The notes under the pieces: model-generated | What the model was told of the DNA's origin: nothing | What the model saw: only the letters and a program-made list of their open reading frames with translations | Database searches by the model: none | Position numbers and translations under genes: made by a program | NCBI GenBank assembly: GCA_030638825.1 | Contig: DAOWDU010000031.1 | Coordinates: forward strand, 4,206 to 68,205 | Direction of reading: 5' to 3' | Length of the DNA: 64,000 nt | DNA from: a bacterium | GTDB lineage: Bacteria; Patescibacteriota; Minisyncoccia; JAHIHE01; JAGLIN01 | Part shown: positions 10,138 through 20,254 of the stretch, one piece after another | How the letters are laid out: each line of letters begins with the position of its first letter | How positions within the stretch are numbered: the stretch's first letter is position 1

Positions 10138-10142
10138 AGATC

Positions 10143-10230
10143 ATTTAAACATATAAGCATTTAAACATTTAAACAAAGTTTTGAAATCTCAACTTGTTTA
10201 TATGTTTATATGCTTAAATGCTTATATGCT
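10143..10230. repeat. Inverted array of degenerate 8-mers (ttaaacat/atgtttat)
   Basis: Tandem units followed by their reverse complements; partial similar runs near 7930, 28457 and 35020. Confidence 0.65.
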
Positions 10231-10232
10231 AA

Positions 10233-10622
10233 TTACCATACCTCGCAAATAACTTCTCCGCCAACTCCGATTTTCTTCGCTTCTATATTCGTCATCACTC
10301 CTTTTGGCGTTGAAATAATCGCAATTCCGTAACTATTTAAAACTCTTGGGATTTTATCTTTGCCGACATAACTTCTTTGTCCTGGCTTGCTGACTCTTTG
10401 AATTTCAGAAATAGCGTAATGATTATCAACTTTTCTCAAGATAATTTCCAAAGTTATTTTCACACCTTTCTTATGCTGAAGGACATCACCAATATAACCC
10501 TCTTTTTTAAGGATCTTCGCCAGCGCCAATTTAAATTTTGACGACGGCATTTCCACGCTCAAATGATTAGCTCTCTGAGCATTTCTTATTCTCGTTAACA
10601 TATCTGCGATTGGATCTGTCAT
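10233..10622 (-). CDS. rpsH: 30S ribosomal protein S8
   Basis: MTDPIADMLTRIRNA, SKPGQRSY, GGEVICEVW. Confidence 0.98.
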   Translation of the reverse strand: MTDPIADMLTRIRNAQRANHLSVEMPSSKFKLALAKILKKEGYIGDVLQHKKGVKITLEIILRKVDNHYAISEIQRVSKPGQRSYVGKDKIPRVLNSYGIAIISTPKGVMTNIEAKKIGVGGEVICEVW

Positions 10623-10625
10623 AAG

Positions 10626-10735
10626 CTACGAAGTTAAAAGTTTATAAAGTTATGAAGTTCTAAAGTTTATAAAGTTCTAAAGTTGAAAGTAAAGGACCTT
10701 ATGAACTTTCTACTTTATAAACTTTAGAACTTCGT
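10626..10735. repeat. Inverted array of (ata)aagtt units
   Basis: aagtttataaagttatgaagtt...aactttataactttagaacttcg; homologue at 34568-34650. Confidence 0.7.
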
Positions 10736-10736
10736 C

Positions 10737-10922
10737 TTACCAGCTACTCTTCTTAATCCCTGGCAACTCGCCATTACTCGCTAGTTCTCGAAAACAAATA
10801 CGACATAAATCAAACTTTCTCATATACCCATGCTTTCTTCCGCACTTCCAACACCTTCTCACAATCCGAGTTGAGAATTTTGGTTTTTTAAGAGATTTTG
10901 CTATGAGGGCTGTTCTTGCCAT
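10737..10922 (-). CDS. rpsN: 30S ribosomal protein S14 (zinc-binding type Z)
   Basis: RCWKCGR...LCRICFRE, 61 aa. Confidence 0.97.
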   Translation of the reverse strand: MARTALIAKSLKKPKFSTRIVRRCWKCGRKHGYMRKFDLCRICFRELASNGELPGIKKSSW

Positions 10923-10942
10923 ATGGTTGTTTAATATGTTTA

Positions 10943-11497
10943 TTATTCTATTTTATCCACTATCGGAAATCCTAAAAGTTTTAATAATTTATATCCTTCT
11001 TCGTCCGTCTTCGCCGTTGTTGTGATATTAACTTCAAATCCGATAATATTTTTTATTGTTTCTCTGTTCACTTCTGAAAAAATGAGATGCTCTTTGATGC
11101 CAATATTAAAATTTCCATTTCTGTCAAACGCTTTCTTGCTTAATCCTCTGAAATCTCTAACCTGCGGCAAAGCGATATTAATTAATCTGTCTATAAATTC
11201 ATACATTTTCGCTCCTCTCAAAATCGCTGTCAATCCAACTGGCATTCCTTCTCTGATCTTAAATCCAGCAATCGCTTTTTTCGCTTTTGTGACAACTGGT
11301 TTCTGCCCTAAAATATTTGCCATATCTTCCTCTATTTTCTTGAAATCATCTTTGCTATCTCTCAAAATATTTCCCAAGCCAGCGTTGACAACAACTTTAG
11401 TTATCGCAGGAACAGCCATATTATTTTTATAGCCAAATTCCTTCCTCATCTCAGGAACAACTTCTTTTTTATATTTTTCTTTTAAGCGTGTTGTCAT
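10943..11497 (-). CDS. rplE: 50S ribosomal protein L5
   Basis: [30 protein letters not shown]. Confidence 0.98.
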   Translation of the reverse strand: MTTRLKEKYKKEVVPEMRKEFGYKNNMAVPAITKVVVNAGLGNILRDSKDDFKKIEEDMANILGQKPVVTKAKKAIAGFKIREGMPVGLTAILRGAKMYEFIDRLINIALPQVRDFRGLSKKAFDRNGNFNIGIKEHLIFSEVNRETIKNIIGFEVNITTTAKTDEEGYKLLKLLGFPIVDKIE

Positions 11498-11520
11498 TTT
11501 AAGGTTTTAATATTATTTTA

Positions 11521-11644
11521 CTGTCATTGCGAGGAGCTCCGCAGAGCGACGAAGCAATCCCGCAACTATGTCCAATGAATTTAATCACGGGATTGCTTCG
11601 TCGCCATCTCTTCGCTACGCTCAATCGGGCTTCTCGCAATGACA
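11521..11644. repeat. Palindromic element family A
   Basis: ctgtcattgcgaggagctccgcagagcgacgaagcaatccc...ctcgcaatgaca. Confidence 0.9.
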
Positions 11645-11670
11645 TTTCGCAATCCTAAATTATATGTCAT

Positions 11671-11997
11671 CTATTTCTCCACCTGCACATCAATATTCTC
11701 TTTGCACTTCCGACAAATCCTGTGCTTTTCTTTATTTTCCAATATCAAATATCCAACTCTTGTCTGCTTCGTGCATTTTGGACAAATCAAGGCAACATTA
11801 GAAATATTAATCGGCGCGGGAACGGTTATCTTCTGTCCTTTCTCTCCTTGCTTTCTCGCTTTAATATGCTTTTTTATAAAATTCGCGCCCTCAACAACAA
11901 CCCTGTTTTTCTCAGAAATTACTTTGATAACCTTGCCTTTTTTGCCTTTATCTTTCCCAGCAGTTATTATTACTTTGTCGTTAGTTTTGATTTTCAT
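11671..11997 (-). CDS. rplX: 50S ribosomal protein L24 (start revised to MKIKTND)
   Basis: GKDKGKKGKV KOW motif, APINISNV. Confidence 0.96.
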   Translation of the reverse strand: MKIKTNDKVIITAGKDKGKKGKVIKVISEKNRVVVEGANFIKKHIKARKQGEKGQKITVPAPINISNVALICPKCTKQTRVGYLILENKEKHRICRKCKENIDVQVEK

Positions 11998-12011
11998 AAA
12001 TGTTTTTATTT

Positions 12012-12081
12012 GGAGCAAGGGCTTTAGCCCGAAAGTGTATTAAATTAATCTATCTGACTATCGGGCTAAAGCCCTCGCTCC
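12012..12081. repeat. Palindromic element family D
   Basis: ggagcaagggctttagcccga...tcgggctaaagccctcgctcc. Confidence 0.85.
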
Positions 12082-12083
12082 GT

Positions 12084-12458
12084 CTATAAAACCTCCGGAG
12101 CCAGCGAAACTATCTTCATAAATCCCTTATCTCTCAACTCTCTTCCAACAGGTCCGAAAATTCGAGTTGCTTTTGGCGTTATTCTGTCTTTGCTTTCAAC
12201 TACAACAGCGGCGTTATCATCAAAACGAATATACGATCCGTCTTTTCTTCTCAACGCTTTTCTTTGTCGGACAATTACTGCCTTAATAACTTCTTTCTTC
12301 TTAACCTGCCCTCTCGGTTCTGATAATTTCACAGAAGCGACAATTACATCTCCAATATAAGCATAGCGCCTTCTCGTTCCGCCAAGAACTTTAATGCACT
12401 TTATCAATTTCGCCCCCGAATTGTCCGCAATCATAAGTTTGCTTCCTTGTTGAATCAT
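12084..12458 (-). CDS. rplN: 50S ribosomal protein L14
   Basis: [30 protein letters not shown]. Confidence 0.98.
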   Translation of the reverse strand: MIQQGSKLMIADNSGAKLIKCIKVLGGTRRRYAYIGDVIVASVKLSEPRGQVKKKEVIKAVIVRQRKALRRKDGSYIRFDDNAAVVVESKDRITPKATRIFGPVGRELRDKGFMKIVSLAPEVL

Positions 12459-12540
12459 GATTTTTTAAATTTGAATTTAGTGTTTTTTATAAATAACTAT
12501 AAATTAACGACTCTTTTATTTTCTAAAATGAAATTTCTAT

Positions 12541-12813
12541 CTATTTCTCAATACTTTTCGCCACCCACTTCTTATCTTTACTAATCGGCTTAGTTTCCAT
12601 AATCATCACCTTATCCCCAATCTTAAATTCATTCCCCTCATCATGCGCTTTGTATTTCTTGCTTACTTTATACTTCTTCTTATATTTAGCATGCATCTTC
12701 AACCGATCAATTTTAACAACAACCGTCTTATCCATTTTATCACTCACAACAATGCCAACCTTGCCTTTTTTGGCGCTCTTTTTTTCTTTATTTTTTTCGT
12801 TGTCTTTATTCAT
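12541..12813 (-). CDS. rpsQ: 30S ribosomal protein S17
   Basis: [29 protein letters not shown]. Confidence 0.97.
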   Translation of the reverse strand: MNKDNEKNKEKKSAKKGKVGIVVSDKMDKTVVVKIDRLKMHAKYKKKYKVSKKYKAHDEGNEFKIGDKVMIMETKPISKDKKWVAKSIEK

Positions 12814-12840
12814 AAATAATCTTATAGATATTGAAATAAC

Positions 12841-13041
12841 TTATTTCTTTTCCTTTAAATACCTTTCCCTTAAAATCGTCTTCGCAACCGCAATTATTTT
12901 CTTCGCTTTCTTAATCTCATTATAATCCTTCAACTGCTTATTAGTCAAAGCAAACCTAAACTCTCTCAGCTTTTCTTTATTTTCCTTAATCAAACTTTGC
13001 AATTGATTATCAGATTGTTCTCTATATTCTTTTGCCTGCAT
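12841..13041 (-). CDS. rpmC: 50S ribosomal protein L29
   Basis: Position in S10 operon; LREFRF...IAVAKTILRE. Confidence 0.9.
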   Translation of the reverse strand: MQAKEYREQSDNQLQSLIKENKEKLREFRFALTNKQLKDYNEIKKAKKIIAVAKTILRERYLKEKK

Positions 13042-13050
13042 ATAATTAAA

Positions 13051-13458
13051 TTATTCTTTAACAATAAACCTCGTCTTAATCGGCAACTTATGACTCGCCA
13101 GACGCATTGCCTCTTTCGCCACATCTTCTTCAATCCCTTCCATTTCAAATATAATCCTGCCTGGTTTTACAACTGCTGAGAAATGATCCAAACTTCCTTT
13201 TCCACTACCCATCGGAACTTCTGCCGCTTTTTTCGTAATTGGTTTATCAGGAAAAATTCTAATCCAGATCTTGCCGCCTCTTTGCACATATCTCGTCATC
13301 GCCCGCCTCGCCGCTTCAATTTGCCTGCTCGTAATCAAAGAAGTCGCCATCGCTTTCAAACCAAAAGACCCAAAAGCAATTTTATTGCCGCGCTGCGCCT
13401 TCCCACGCATTCTTCCCTTCATCATCTTCCTGTGTTTTACTTTTTTGGGCATCAACAT
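13051..13458 (-). CDS. rplP: 50S ribosomal protein L16
   Basis: [27 protein letters not shown]. Confidence 0.98.
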   Translation of the reverse strand: MLMPKKVKHRKMMKGRMRGKAQRGNKIAFGSFGLKAMATSLITSRQIEAARRAMTRYVQRGGKIWIRIFPDKPITKKAAEVPMGSGKGSLDHFSAVVKPGRIIFEMEGIEEDVAKEAMRLASHKLPIKTRFIVKE

Positions 13459-13531
13459 AATCGTGCATTAAAATTAAAGCGAATTATAGATAATAATTAT
13501 TGAAATATTTAAACCAACCTATTTTTTAAAG

Positions 13532-13670
13532 CTGTAATTTTCAATTTCTAATTTCTAATTTTTATTGAATTTCTAATTCTTTAATTTCTAATCTTAAAAC
13601 TTCAAAATTGAAAATTAATTATTGAAAATTTAATAGAAATTAGAAATTAGAAATTAGAAATTTTTTACAG
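13532..13670. repeat. Inverted array of AATTTCT/AGAAATT heptamers
   Basis: Homologue at 37503-37657 shares tattgaatttctaattctttaatttctaa. Confidence 0.75.
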
Positions 13671-14315
13671 CTATTTCTTCTCCTCAAATACCTCTCCCTT
13701 ATAAATCCAAACCTTTATCCCCACAACTCCATAAGTAGTATTAGCAACATATTTCGCAAAACTAATATCGGCTCGGATTGTTTGCAAAGGAATTTTTCCT
13801 TCGCTCAACCATTCTGTTCTTGCCATTTCTGCGCCGTCTAATCTTCCCGCTACTTCAACTTTAATCCCTTTCGCTTGTTTATTTTGCATTGTTCTTTCAA
13901 TCGCTTGTTTCAAAGTTCTTCTGAATGGAAATCTTTTTTCTAACTGTTCCGCAATTGTTTGGGCAACGAGTTTTGCGCTCAATTCGTAATTCCTGATTTC
14001 AATAATATTTATTTTAATATCCAACTTTTCATTGACCATTTTCGTCACTTCCGCTTTCAATTCTTCCACGCCAGTTCCGCCTCTGCCTATTATTATTCCC
14101 GGCCGCGCGGAATGAATATTGACCGTCAAACTATTAGACGATCTTTCAATAATAATATCTTCCACTGAAGCGCTTCTTAATTTCTTTTCCAAAAAAGTTC
14201 GCAGTTCTATGTCATTCCTTAAATACTGTTTATATTTATCCGCGTTAAACCATCTTGACTTCCAGTCATTTATAATTCCCAGTCTATGTAAAAATGGATT
14301 CACTTTTCGCGCCAT
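13671..14315 (-). CDS. rpsC: 30S ribosomal protein S3
   Basis: RPGIIIGRGG, GRLDGAEMARTE, GVVGIKVWIYKG. Confidence 0.98.
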   Translation of the reverse strand: MARKVNPFLHRLGIINDWKSRWFNADKYKQYLRNDIELRTFLEKKLRSASVEDIIIERSSNSLTVNIHSARPGIIIGRGGTGVEELKAEVTKMVNEKLDIKINIIEIRNYELSAKLVAQTIAEQLEKRFPFRRTLKQAIERTMQNKQAKGIKVEVAGRLDGAEMARTEWLSEGKIPLQTIRADISFAKYVANTTYGVVGIKVWIYKGEVFEEKK

Positions 14316-14327
14316 GTGTTTTTTAAA

Positions 14328-14660
14328 TTATTTCTTATCTAAAATTATCGTCACATTACTCGTCCTTTTATTTATCCTCGCTGATCTTCCCATTGCTCTC
14401 GGTCGCCACCTTTTCATAATTTTCCCGTCATTAACTACTATTTTTGAAATATATAAATTTTTCTCATCTAAATTAAAATTATTCTTAGCATTAGCGACAG
14501 CGGAATTTAACAACTTCAATAATAATTCTGACGATTTTTTATTAATGAATTTCAACTGCGTTTGCGCTTCTTTAATTTCCATCTTCCTAATCAAATCAAC
14601 AACCAACCTCACTTTTCGTGAAGAAACTCTCAAATGATTTAAATGTGCCTTAATTTCCAT
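14328..14660 (-). CDS. rplV: 50S ribosomal protein L22
   Basis: SSRKVRLVVDLIR, SAVANA, PRAMGRS. Confidence 0.97.
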   Translation of the reverse strand: MEIKAHLNHLRVSSRKVRLVVDLIRKMEIKEAQTQLKFINKKSSELLLKLLNSAVANAKNNFNLDEKNLYISKIVVNDGKIMKRWRPRAMGRSARINKRTSNVTIILDKK

Positions 14661-14688
14661 GGTTGTTGTTTAAATTATTTTCTACTAC

Positions 14689-14830
14689 CTGTCATTGCGA
14701 GGAGCCCGATTGAGCATAGCGAAGAGATGGCGACGAAGCAATCCCGTGATTAAATTCATCTTGCATAGTCACGGGATTGCTTCGTCGACATTTCTCTCAC
14801 TTCGTTCGTTCAGCCTCCTCGCAATGACAG
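14689..14830. repeat. Palindromic element family A
   Basis: Full copy abutting the rpsS stop codon. Confidence 0.9.
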
Positions 14831-15124
14831 CTACTTCTCTCCCGCTTTCTTTTCCTGATCTTTCTGCATCTTTCCGCCGTGTTTAATAAATTTCTTCGTT
14901 GGAGAAAATTCTCCCAGTTTATGTCCGACCATATCTTCTGATATAAAAACTTCAATATGTTTTTTGCCGTTGTGAACTCCAAAAGTAAAACCAACCATCT
15001 CCGGAGAAATCGTAGAATTTCTCGCCCAAGTCTTGATAACGGATTTATCTCCCGCTTTCAGCTTCTTGATTTTCTCTAATAATTTTTCGTCCACATAAGG
15101 ACCTTTTTTGAGTGATCTAGACAT
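14831..15124 (-). CDS. rpsS: 30S ribosomal protein S19
   Basis: [27 protein letters not shown]. Confidence 0.98.
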   Translation of the reverse strand: MSRSLKKGPYVDEKLLEKIKKLKAGDKSVIKTWARNSTISPEMVGFTFGVHNGKKHIEVFISEDMVGHKLGEFSPTKKFIKHGGKMQKDQEKKAGEK

Positions 15125-15133
15125 AAATTAATT

Positions 15134-15427
15134 TTAAATGGTAGCAGAATTTGCTATTAAAAATATTAAAACAAAAATAAAACCTTGAATCAAAGACACA
15201 ACTCCTATAAATTTCATAATACGCGGTGCTTTTTTTTCGTCGTAAATATATTCAATTGTTTTAGTTTCAAGAAAATTAATTTTTTTATTATTATACTTAA
15301 GACTAAAAATAGATTTTCCCATTTTACAAAAATTTATTCCGATAAATCTATTAAAAATAATTAACAAAACACCTATTAGAATAAAGTAGCAACCTACAAA
15401 AAATAGATTATATATTATTTCATTCAT
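15134..15427 (-). CDS. Small orphan membrane protein (2 TM) inserted between rplB and rpsS
   Basis: Two hydrophobic segments; very AT-rich. Confidence 0.6.
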   Translation of the reverse strand: MNEIIYNLFFVGCYFILIGVLLIIFNRFIGINFCKMGKSIFSLKYNNKKINFLETKTIEYIYDEKKAPRIMKFIGVVSLIQGFIFVLIFLIANSATI

Positions 15428-15457
15428 TAGACTATTGAAACTTATAAATAATAAATT

Positions 15458-16291
15458 TTATTCCTCATCTTTCTTCTTAATCCTAAACCTCGTCTTCGGC
15501 TTATTCTTCTTTCTTGTTTTAAATCCAAGCGCTGGTTTTCCCCATGGGGTTTTCGGATGTTTCAGTCCAATCGGCTGTCTTCCTTCTCCTCCTCCGTGCG
15601 GATGATCTACTGGATTCATCGCGCTTCCTCTAACTTGCGGTCGTTTGCCCATCCATCTTGATCTACCCGCTTTTCCGATGACGATTTTATTATGATCAAT
15701 ATTGCTAATCTGTCCGATCGTCGCAAAAGCGTCTTCAGGAATTAGTTCAACTTTTTTGGATGAAAAACTGACATAAGCAAACCCGCTTTCCAAAGCCATC
15801 ATTTTAGCGGAAGATCCAGCAGATCTTGCGATTTGGCTTCCTTTACCGGGAGTTAATTCAACATTACAGATCATCGTCCCTGCAGGGATTTTTTTCAAAG
15901 GCATTCTGTTACCAACTTTTACGGGCGCATTTTCAGAAACAATAATTTTGTCATTCTTCTTCAATCCTTCCTGCGCGACAATATATCTTTTTTCTCCATC
16001 AGCATAAGCAAGTAAAGCGATAAACGCGGTTCTATTCGGATCATATTCAATCGCCTGAACTTTTGCTGGAACATCAAGCTTGTTCATCTTAAAATCAATC
16101 AGCCTAAATCTTTTCTTCGCTCCTCCGCCTCTATGTCTGGTCGTAATTTTCCCAGCGCTCCCTCGCCCGCTTCCTCTTTTTTTCCCTTCCAGCAAACTTT
16201 TTTCTGGTTTCTTTTTATCAAGCATAGAAAAATCAGTTCCGATCATTCCTCTTCTCCCTGGCGATGTTGGTTTATATTTTTTTACTGGCAT
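15458..16291 (-). CDS. rplB: 50S ribosomal protein L2
   Basis: EYDPNR, RGSAMNPVDHPHGGGEG. Confidence 0.98.
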   Translation of the reverse strand: MPVKKYKPTSPGRRGMIGTDFSMLDKKKPEKSLLEGKKRGSGRGSAGKITTRHRGGGAKKRFRLIDFKMNKLDVPAKVQAIEYDPNRTAFIALLAYADGEKRYIVAQEGLKKNDKIIVSENAPVKVGNRMPLKKIPAGTMICNVELTPGKGSQIARSAGSSAKMMALESGFAYVSFSSKKVELIPEDAFATIGQISNIDHNKIVIGKAGRSRWMGKRPQVRGSAMNPVDHPHGGGEGRQPIGLKHPKTPWGKPALGFKTRKKNKPKTRFRIKKKDEE

Positions 16292-16301
16292 AATATTAAA
16301 T

Positions 16302-16781
16302 TTATTTCTTCTCCTTCATCACATCAATTTTATTCCCTTTCGCCAAAGTAACAATTGCTTTCTTATATCCGCTTTTCATTCCGGGCACTCCTTTGAATTT
16401 TTTTGGCTTGGAAGGAACCTTTGTAATATTGACACTTTTGACAACTACTCCGTATAAACTGGCAACCGCTTTTTTCACTTCTGATTTATTCGCTGTTGAT
16501 GAAATTACAAAAACATATTTATCCTCATTATTAAATCGCAGAGCCTTTTCTGAAATATGCGGTTTTTTTATCAACTCAAAATAATGAACAGGCATTTTCT
16601 CCCTACTAACCTTTTTCGCCTTCCCACTTTTTCCAGATGATTTGCCTTTCTTTTTCTTATCTGCTTCCTTCGCTTCTTTCTCTACTTTCTTTTCTTCTTT
16701 AACTTCTTTCTTGTCTCTCTGATCTTCTTTAACATCCTCCTTATCATCTTTCTTTTTTCTAATTTTATCTAAAATACTCAT
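16302..16781 (-). CDS. rplW: 50S ribosomal protein L23 with Lys/Glu-rich N-terminal extension
   Basis: KPHISEKA, ANKSEVKKAV, YKKAIVTL. Confidence 0.93.
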   Translation of the reverse strand: MSILDKIRKKKDDKEDVKEDQRDKKEVKEEKKVEKEAKEADKKKKGKSSGKSGKAKKVSREKMPVHYFELIKKPHISEKALRFNNEDKYVFVISSTANKSEVKKAVASLYGVVVKSVNITKVPSKPKKFKGVPGMKSGYKKAIVTLAKGNKIDVMKEKK

Positions 16782-16795
16782 CTTCTTTAATATTA

Positions 16796-16975
16796 TTCTA
16801 CGGCACTTTAGTGCACGGTCGGTGAGGTTTTAACCTCACGCAATTTAGCTCAACACATTTCGGAACTTGGTTCTGGGTACCCAGAACCAAGTTCCGAAAT
16901 GTTGTGATATTTTAAAATTGCTTCTTTTCTCGGGAGGTTAAAACCTCACGGACCCTCGGCTAAAGCCGGGTAGAA
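16796..16975. repeat. Palindromic element family F with a nested perfect 48-nt palindrome (16855-16902)
   Basis: ttctac..gaggttttaacctcacg...cgggaggttaaaacctc..cggctaaagccgggtagaa. Confidence 0.85.
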
Positions 16976-16990
16976 ATCATCCGACTAAAC

Positions 16991-17617
16991 TTACTTATAA
17001 ATCTCCCCTATCATCTCAACCCCTTTCTTATTAATAACCAAGAATTTATTCTTCAACAAATCCACCACATTCAACGAATCACTTGCCAATACCGAAACAC
17101 TAGGAATATTCTTAACTGAGTTTAAAATATTTTCATTATTCTTATCTAAAGATAATAACACTTTTCCTTTAATTGGCAAGCTCTTGAAAATATCTTTCAT
17201 TACTTTCGTAGAAGTTTTATTTATTTTTAAATCATCTACAACTATTATTTCTTCATCTTTCAGCTTTCCTGACAAAACCATAAACAACGCTTTCGTCTTC
17301 ATTTTCTTATTTACTCTCTTGCTAAAATTCCGATCAGTAGTCGGTCCAAATGTCACCCCCCCGCCTTTCCAAATCGGAGATCTGCTTGACCCATGCCTCG
17401 CTCTCCCCGTCCCTTTCTGCTTCCAAGGTTTTCTTCCCCCGCCTCTCACCTCACCCTTATCTTTCGTATCCGCCAAAACCTGCCTCGCATTCGCCATCTG
17501 CGCCACAACAACCTGATGCACCAAATCATCATTTAATTCCACACCAAAAACACTCTCCAGCAATTCCATCTCGCCACTTTCTTTCCCTTCTTGATTGTAG
17601 ATTTTAGTTTTTAGCAT
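16991..17617 (-). CDS. rplD: 50S ribosomal protein L4
   Basis: GGGRKPWKQKGTGRARHGS, GGGVTFGP. Confidence 0.98.
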   Translation of the reverse strand: MLKTKIYNQEGKESGEMELLESVFGVELNDDLVHQVVVAQMANARQVLADTKDKGEVRGGGRKPWKQKGTGRARHGSSRSPIWKGGGVTFGPTTDRNFSKRVNKKMKTKALFMVLSGKLKDEEIIVVDDLKINKTSTKVMKDIFKSLPIKGKVLLSLDKNNENILNSVKNIPSVSVLASDSLNVVDLLKNKFLVINKKGVEMIGEIYK

Positions 17618-17654
17618 AATATTTATGAAATATTTTTACTGATTTACTTTTTTA

Positions 17655-18098
17655 CTAAATTGCATTCCATATTTCCCAACATGGAGCAAGATAGAATTCG
17701 TCTCCTATAAATAAGGGAGTATAAGCAAAAATAAAGGCAGACAAGAATACAACAAGAGTAGCAATTTTTAAATACTTCCAATCATTAGGAGAAAATAAAA
17801 TTATTTTTGATTTTACTAACACAAGTTTTACAAAAACAATTGCTAATGATATTATTATAGCTATAAATGACCAAGTAGTAAGTTTTTTGTGAACTAAATT
17901 TTCTTCAGTCGGAATCTGGACATTTTGACAAGCTTCTTTTAATTTCATACTATCGTTACCAGCATTACTGAGAAGAGTTTTATTATATTTGTTATATGTA
18001 TTCTGATAATTTACTACAAAAACTGAATTTACTATATTTAAAAATAAAGTGAAAACTACGAATAACAGAATTAAAATTTTTGTTATTTTAATTATCAT
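17655..18098 (-). CDS. Orphan membrane protein (3 TM)
   Basis: Hydrophobic segments; inserted between rplC and rplD. Confidence 0.6.
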   Translation of the reverse strand: MIIKITKILILLFVVFTLFLNIVNSVFVVNYQNTYNKYNKTLLSNAGNDSMKLKEACQNVQIPTEENLVHKKLTTWSFIAIIISLAIVFVKLVLVKSKIILFSPNDWKYLKIATLVVFLSAFIFAYTPLFIGDEFYLAPCWEIWNAI

Positions 18099-18198
18099 AA
18101 AAACAAATTGATTTAATTTGGAATGTTTAGTTTAAATATAAAAATTATGAAAAAATTGCGGAGCTTTAGCTATTCTATTAACCAAAGCCCCTATTGTC

Positions 18199-18573
18199 TT
18201 ATTTGCGAAGCCAGTTGTCATGGTCTATGTATATATCATTTTTATAATTAAAATTATACACACAATAGACATACCTCTTCGGAATCAACACTGCTGATTT
18301 ACCATTATGCGGAACCCAAAGCCAATTTTGTGGGTTCGCATCAGGATCCCCAGGAATGAAAAACAGGAAATTTAAAGGTCCTCCTGTTCCCCTTACTTCG
18401 GGATGCCAATCTGGATTATAGTCTGCGTTAAACGCTAAAGCAAAATGATCCCTATCGTCATGGAACATAAAACCATATTCTGCATATCTTGCATCGCGTG
18501 CCGATGCTGGCGCTATCATTACGCAAAACACAGCAATCAGTAGTGTTGCTACTGCTATTGTCCTAAATCTTAT
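18199..18573 (-). CDS. Secreted orphan protein, probable non-canonical ATA start (or decayed ATG)
   Basis: GAGGTGA SD at 18578-18584; extended frame gives signal peptide IRFRTIAVATLLIAVFCVMIAPASA; no in-frame ATG before the upstream TGA. Confidence 0.55.
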   Translation of the reverse strand: MRFRTIAVATLLIAVFCVMIAPASARDARYAEYGFMFHDDRDHFALAFNADYNPDWHPEVRGTGGPLNFLFFIPGDPDANPQNWLWVPHNGKSAVLIPKRYVYCVYNFNYKNDIYIDHDNWLRK

Positions 18574-18730
18574 TTTCTCACCTCTTTTTGTTCTTATGTC
18601 CCCAAGTCATCAAGAATAAAGCATTGTTTCATTCTTATTCTCTCTTCAGAAACAGTGAAAATTTTCTAAACTAAAATTTAAAAAACTCAACACTGTCTCT
18701 AAAAAAGTTCAAGAAGCGTATTTTTTGTTT

Positions 18731-18742
18731 TTTAAAAGAACA
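18731..18742 (-). promoter_or_regulatory. boxA-like motif TGTTCTTTTAAA
   Basis: Followed by leader hairpin gagacagtg...cactgtttc, as in the 33397 cassette. Confidence 0.45.
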
Positions 18743-18764
18743 TTTTTTATTTCCTTAAGATTAT

Positions 18765-19268
18765 TTAAACTCCCGATAGACAATCTCCCATCATTATCAT
18801 TCCAAACGGTTTTCCAAGAAGATCATACTGCTTACTCATTATCATAATATTTTTGTCTCTAAAAAGAGTAAAGACATTAATATTACCAAAACCAGTTTCC
18901 TCAATCAAATAAACAGTTGATCCATTGTCAATTTTTATCAAAGAGACTTCATCGCCTAAATTACCTACTATAGAAGGAACATCAGTGTCAATATCTACAA
19001 AAGTGAGCGTTGTAGATTTTTCATCAATATTAATCTCACCGCTAATATGATCTTTTTCAAAATCTGTCGTCGCTGATATTTTTAATGTGCATACAACACT
19101 ATCAGAATATGGCAACCTTGACTCTTTCCAATTTTCATTAAGAGAAATTGTCTTTTTATTATTACTAACAGGAAAATTATTTGTATGTCTATCCAAAAAT
19201 ATAACTGTGAATAAAAATGTAACTGCAATGACTACAAAAATAATTACTATTAAAAATATTTTTTTCAT
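18765..19268 (-). CDS. Orphan membrane-anchored/secreted protein
   Basis: N-terminal MKKIFLIVIIFVV signal/TM followed by a beta-rich domain. Confidence 0.65.
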   Translation of the reverse strand: MKKIFLIVIIFVVIAVTFLFTVIFLDRHTNNFPVSNNKKTISLNENWKESRLPYSDSVVCTLKISATTDFEKDHISGEINIDEKSTTLTFVDIDTDVPSIVGNLGDEVSLIKIDNGSTVYLIEETGFGNINVFTLFRDKNIMIMSKQYDLLGKPFGMIMMGDCLSGV

Positions 19269-19305
19269 ATTTATAGAACTAACAAATAATATTTAATATT
19301 CACTC

Positions 19306-19947
19306 CTATTTCCCAACCACTCTAACCAACACCCCATTATTCCCTGGCACTGCCCCTTTAATTATCAACAAATTTTTCTCTTTGTCAACCTCCACAACTT
19401 CCAATCCCAACTGAGTAGACTGAACTCCGCCCATTCTGCCTGCCATCTTTCTTCCTTTGATGACATGCTCGGGATAAGCGCTCCCAATTGAGCCTGGTTT
19501 TCTGTTGCTGTGTTTTTGTCCATGCGATGCTTGCCCGCATTTGAAACCATGTCTTTTCATCACACCCTGAAATCCTTTCGCTTTTGAAACGCCTGAAATT
19601 TTTATTTTATCACCCGTCTCAAAAACAGAAGCATCTATTTTATCGCCTATTTTATATTCTACTTTTTCTTCTTTATCTTTTCCAACGCCATTTTTGTCTA
19701 ATCTAAATTCTCTCAAATGTCTAAACTTGCCAAGTTCTTTCAAATGTCCAGCTAATGGCTTATTAATTTTCTTCTTTTCTAAAAATCCAATTTGCACCGC
19801 TTTGTAGCCGTCTTTTTTTTCTGCTCTAACTTGGGTCACAACGCACGGTCCAACTTCAATCAAAGTAACAGGCACAACTTTTTTGGCGTCTTCGTTGTCA
19901 ATAAACACTTGACTCATTCCAATTTTCTTCCCAAGAATAAATTTCAT
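19306..19947 (-). CDS. rplC: 50S ribosomal protein L3 (start revised to MKFILGKK)
   Basis: GKKIGMSQ, KGFQGVMKRHG, KMAGRMG, KGAVPG. Confidence 0.98.
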   Translation of the reverse strand: MKFILGKKIGMSQVFIDNEDAKKVVPVTLIEVGPCVVTQVRAEKKDGYKAVQIGFLEKKKINKPLAGHLKELGKFRHLREFRLDKNGVGKDKEEKVEYKIGDKIDASVFETGDKIKISGVSKAKGFQGVMKRHGFKCGQASHGQKHSNRKPGSIGSAYPEHVIKGRKMAGRMGGVQSTQLGLEVVEVDKEKNLLIIKGAVPGNNGVLVRVVGK

Positions 19948-20107
19948 TTTTTTGATTTTACAAACAAAAAACCGGACATTCAACCAATCACAACCGTTTT
20001 TATCCGATTTATAAATTGGCTAATTCAGTATACTTATTAGCATTTATTACTAGAAATTCTTGTTTTAGAAACCCAGTAATAAGCACTTAAATTAGCGTGA
20101 ATTTTCC

Positions 20108-20247
20108 TGTCATTGCGAGAAGCCCGAATGAGCGTAGCGAAGAGATGGCGACGAAGCAATCCCGTGACTATGCACAAATGGCTTAGTCACAGGATTGCTT
20201 CGTCGGCATTTCTCTCACTTCGTTCGTTTAGCCTCCTCGCAATGACA
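20108..20247. repeat. Palindromic element family A
   Basis: Full copy between rpsJ and rplC. Confidence 0.9.
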
Positions 20248-20254
20248 ATTTAAT

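Noticed and set aside
14695-14886. 63-aa ORF MRGARLSIAKRWRRSNP (also 3497-3847, 14797-14994, 23501-23734, 30865-31068)
   Set aside because: These are open frames through family A/B palindromes that overlap real genes, not independent CDSs.
16590-16781. Charged N-terminal extension of L23
   Set aside because: Low-complexity extensions on CPR ribosomal proteins are common.
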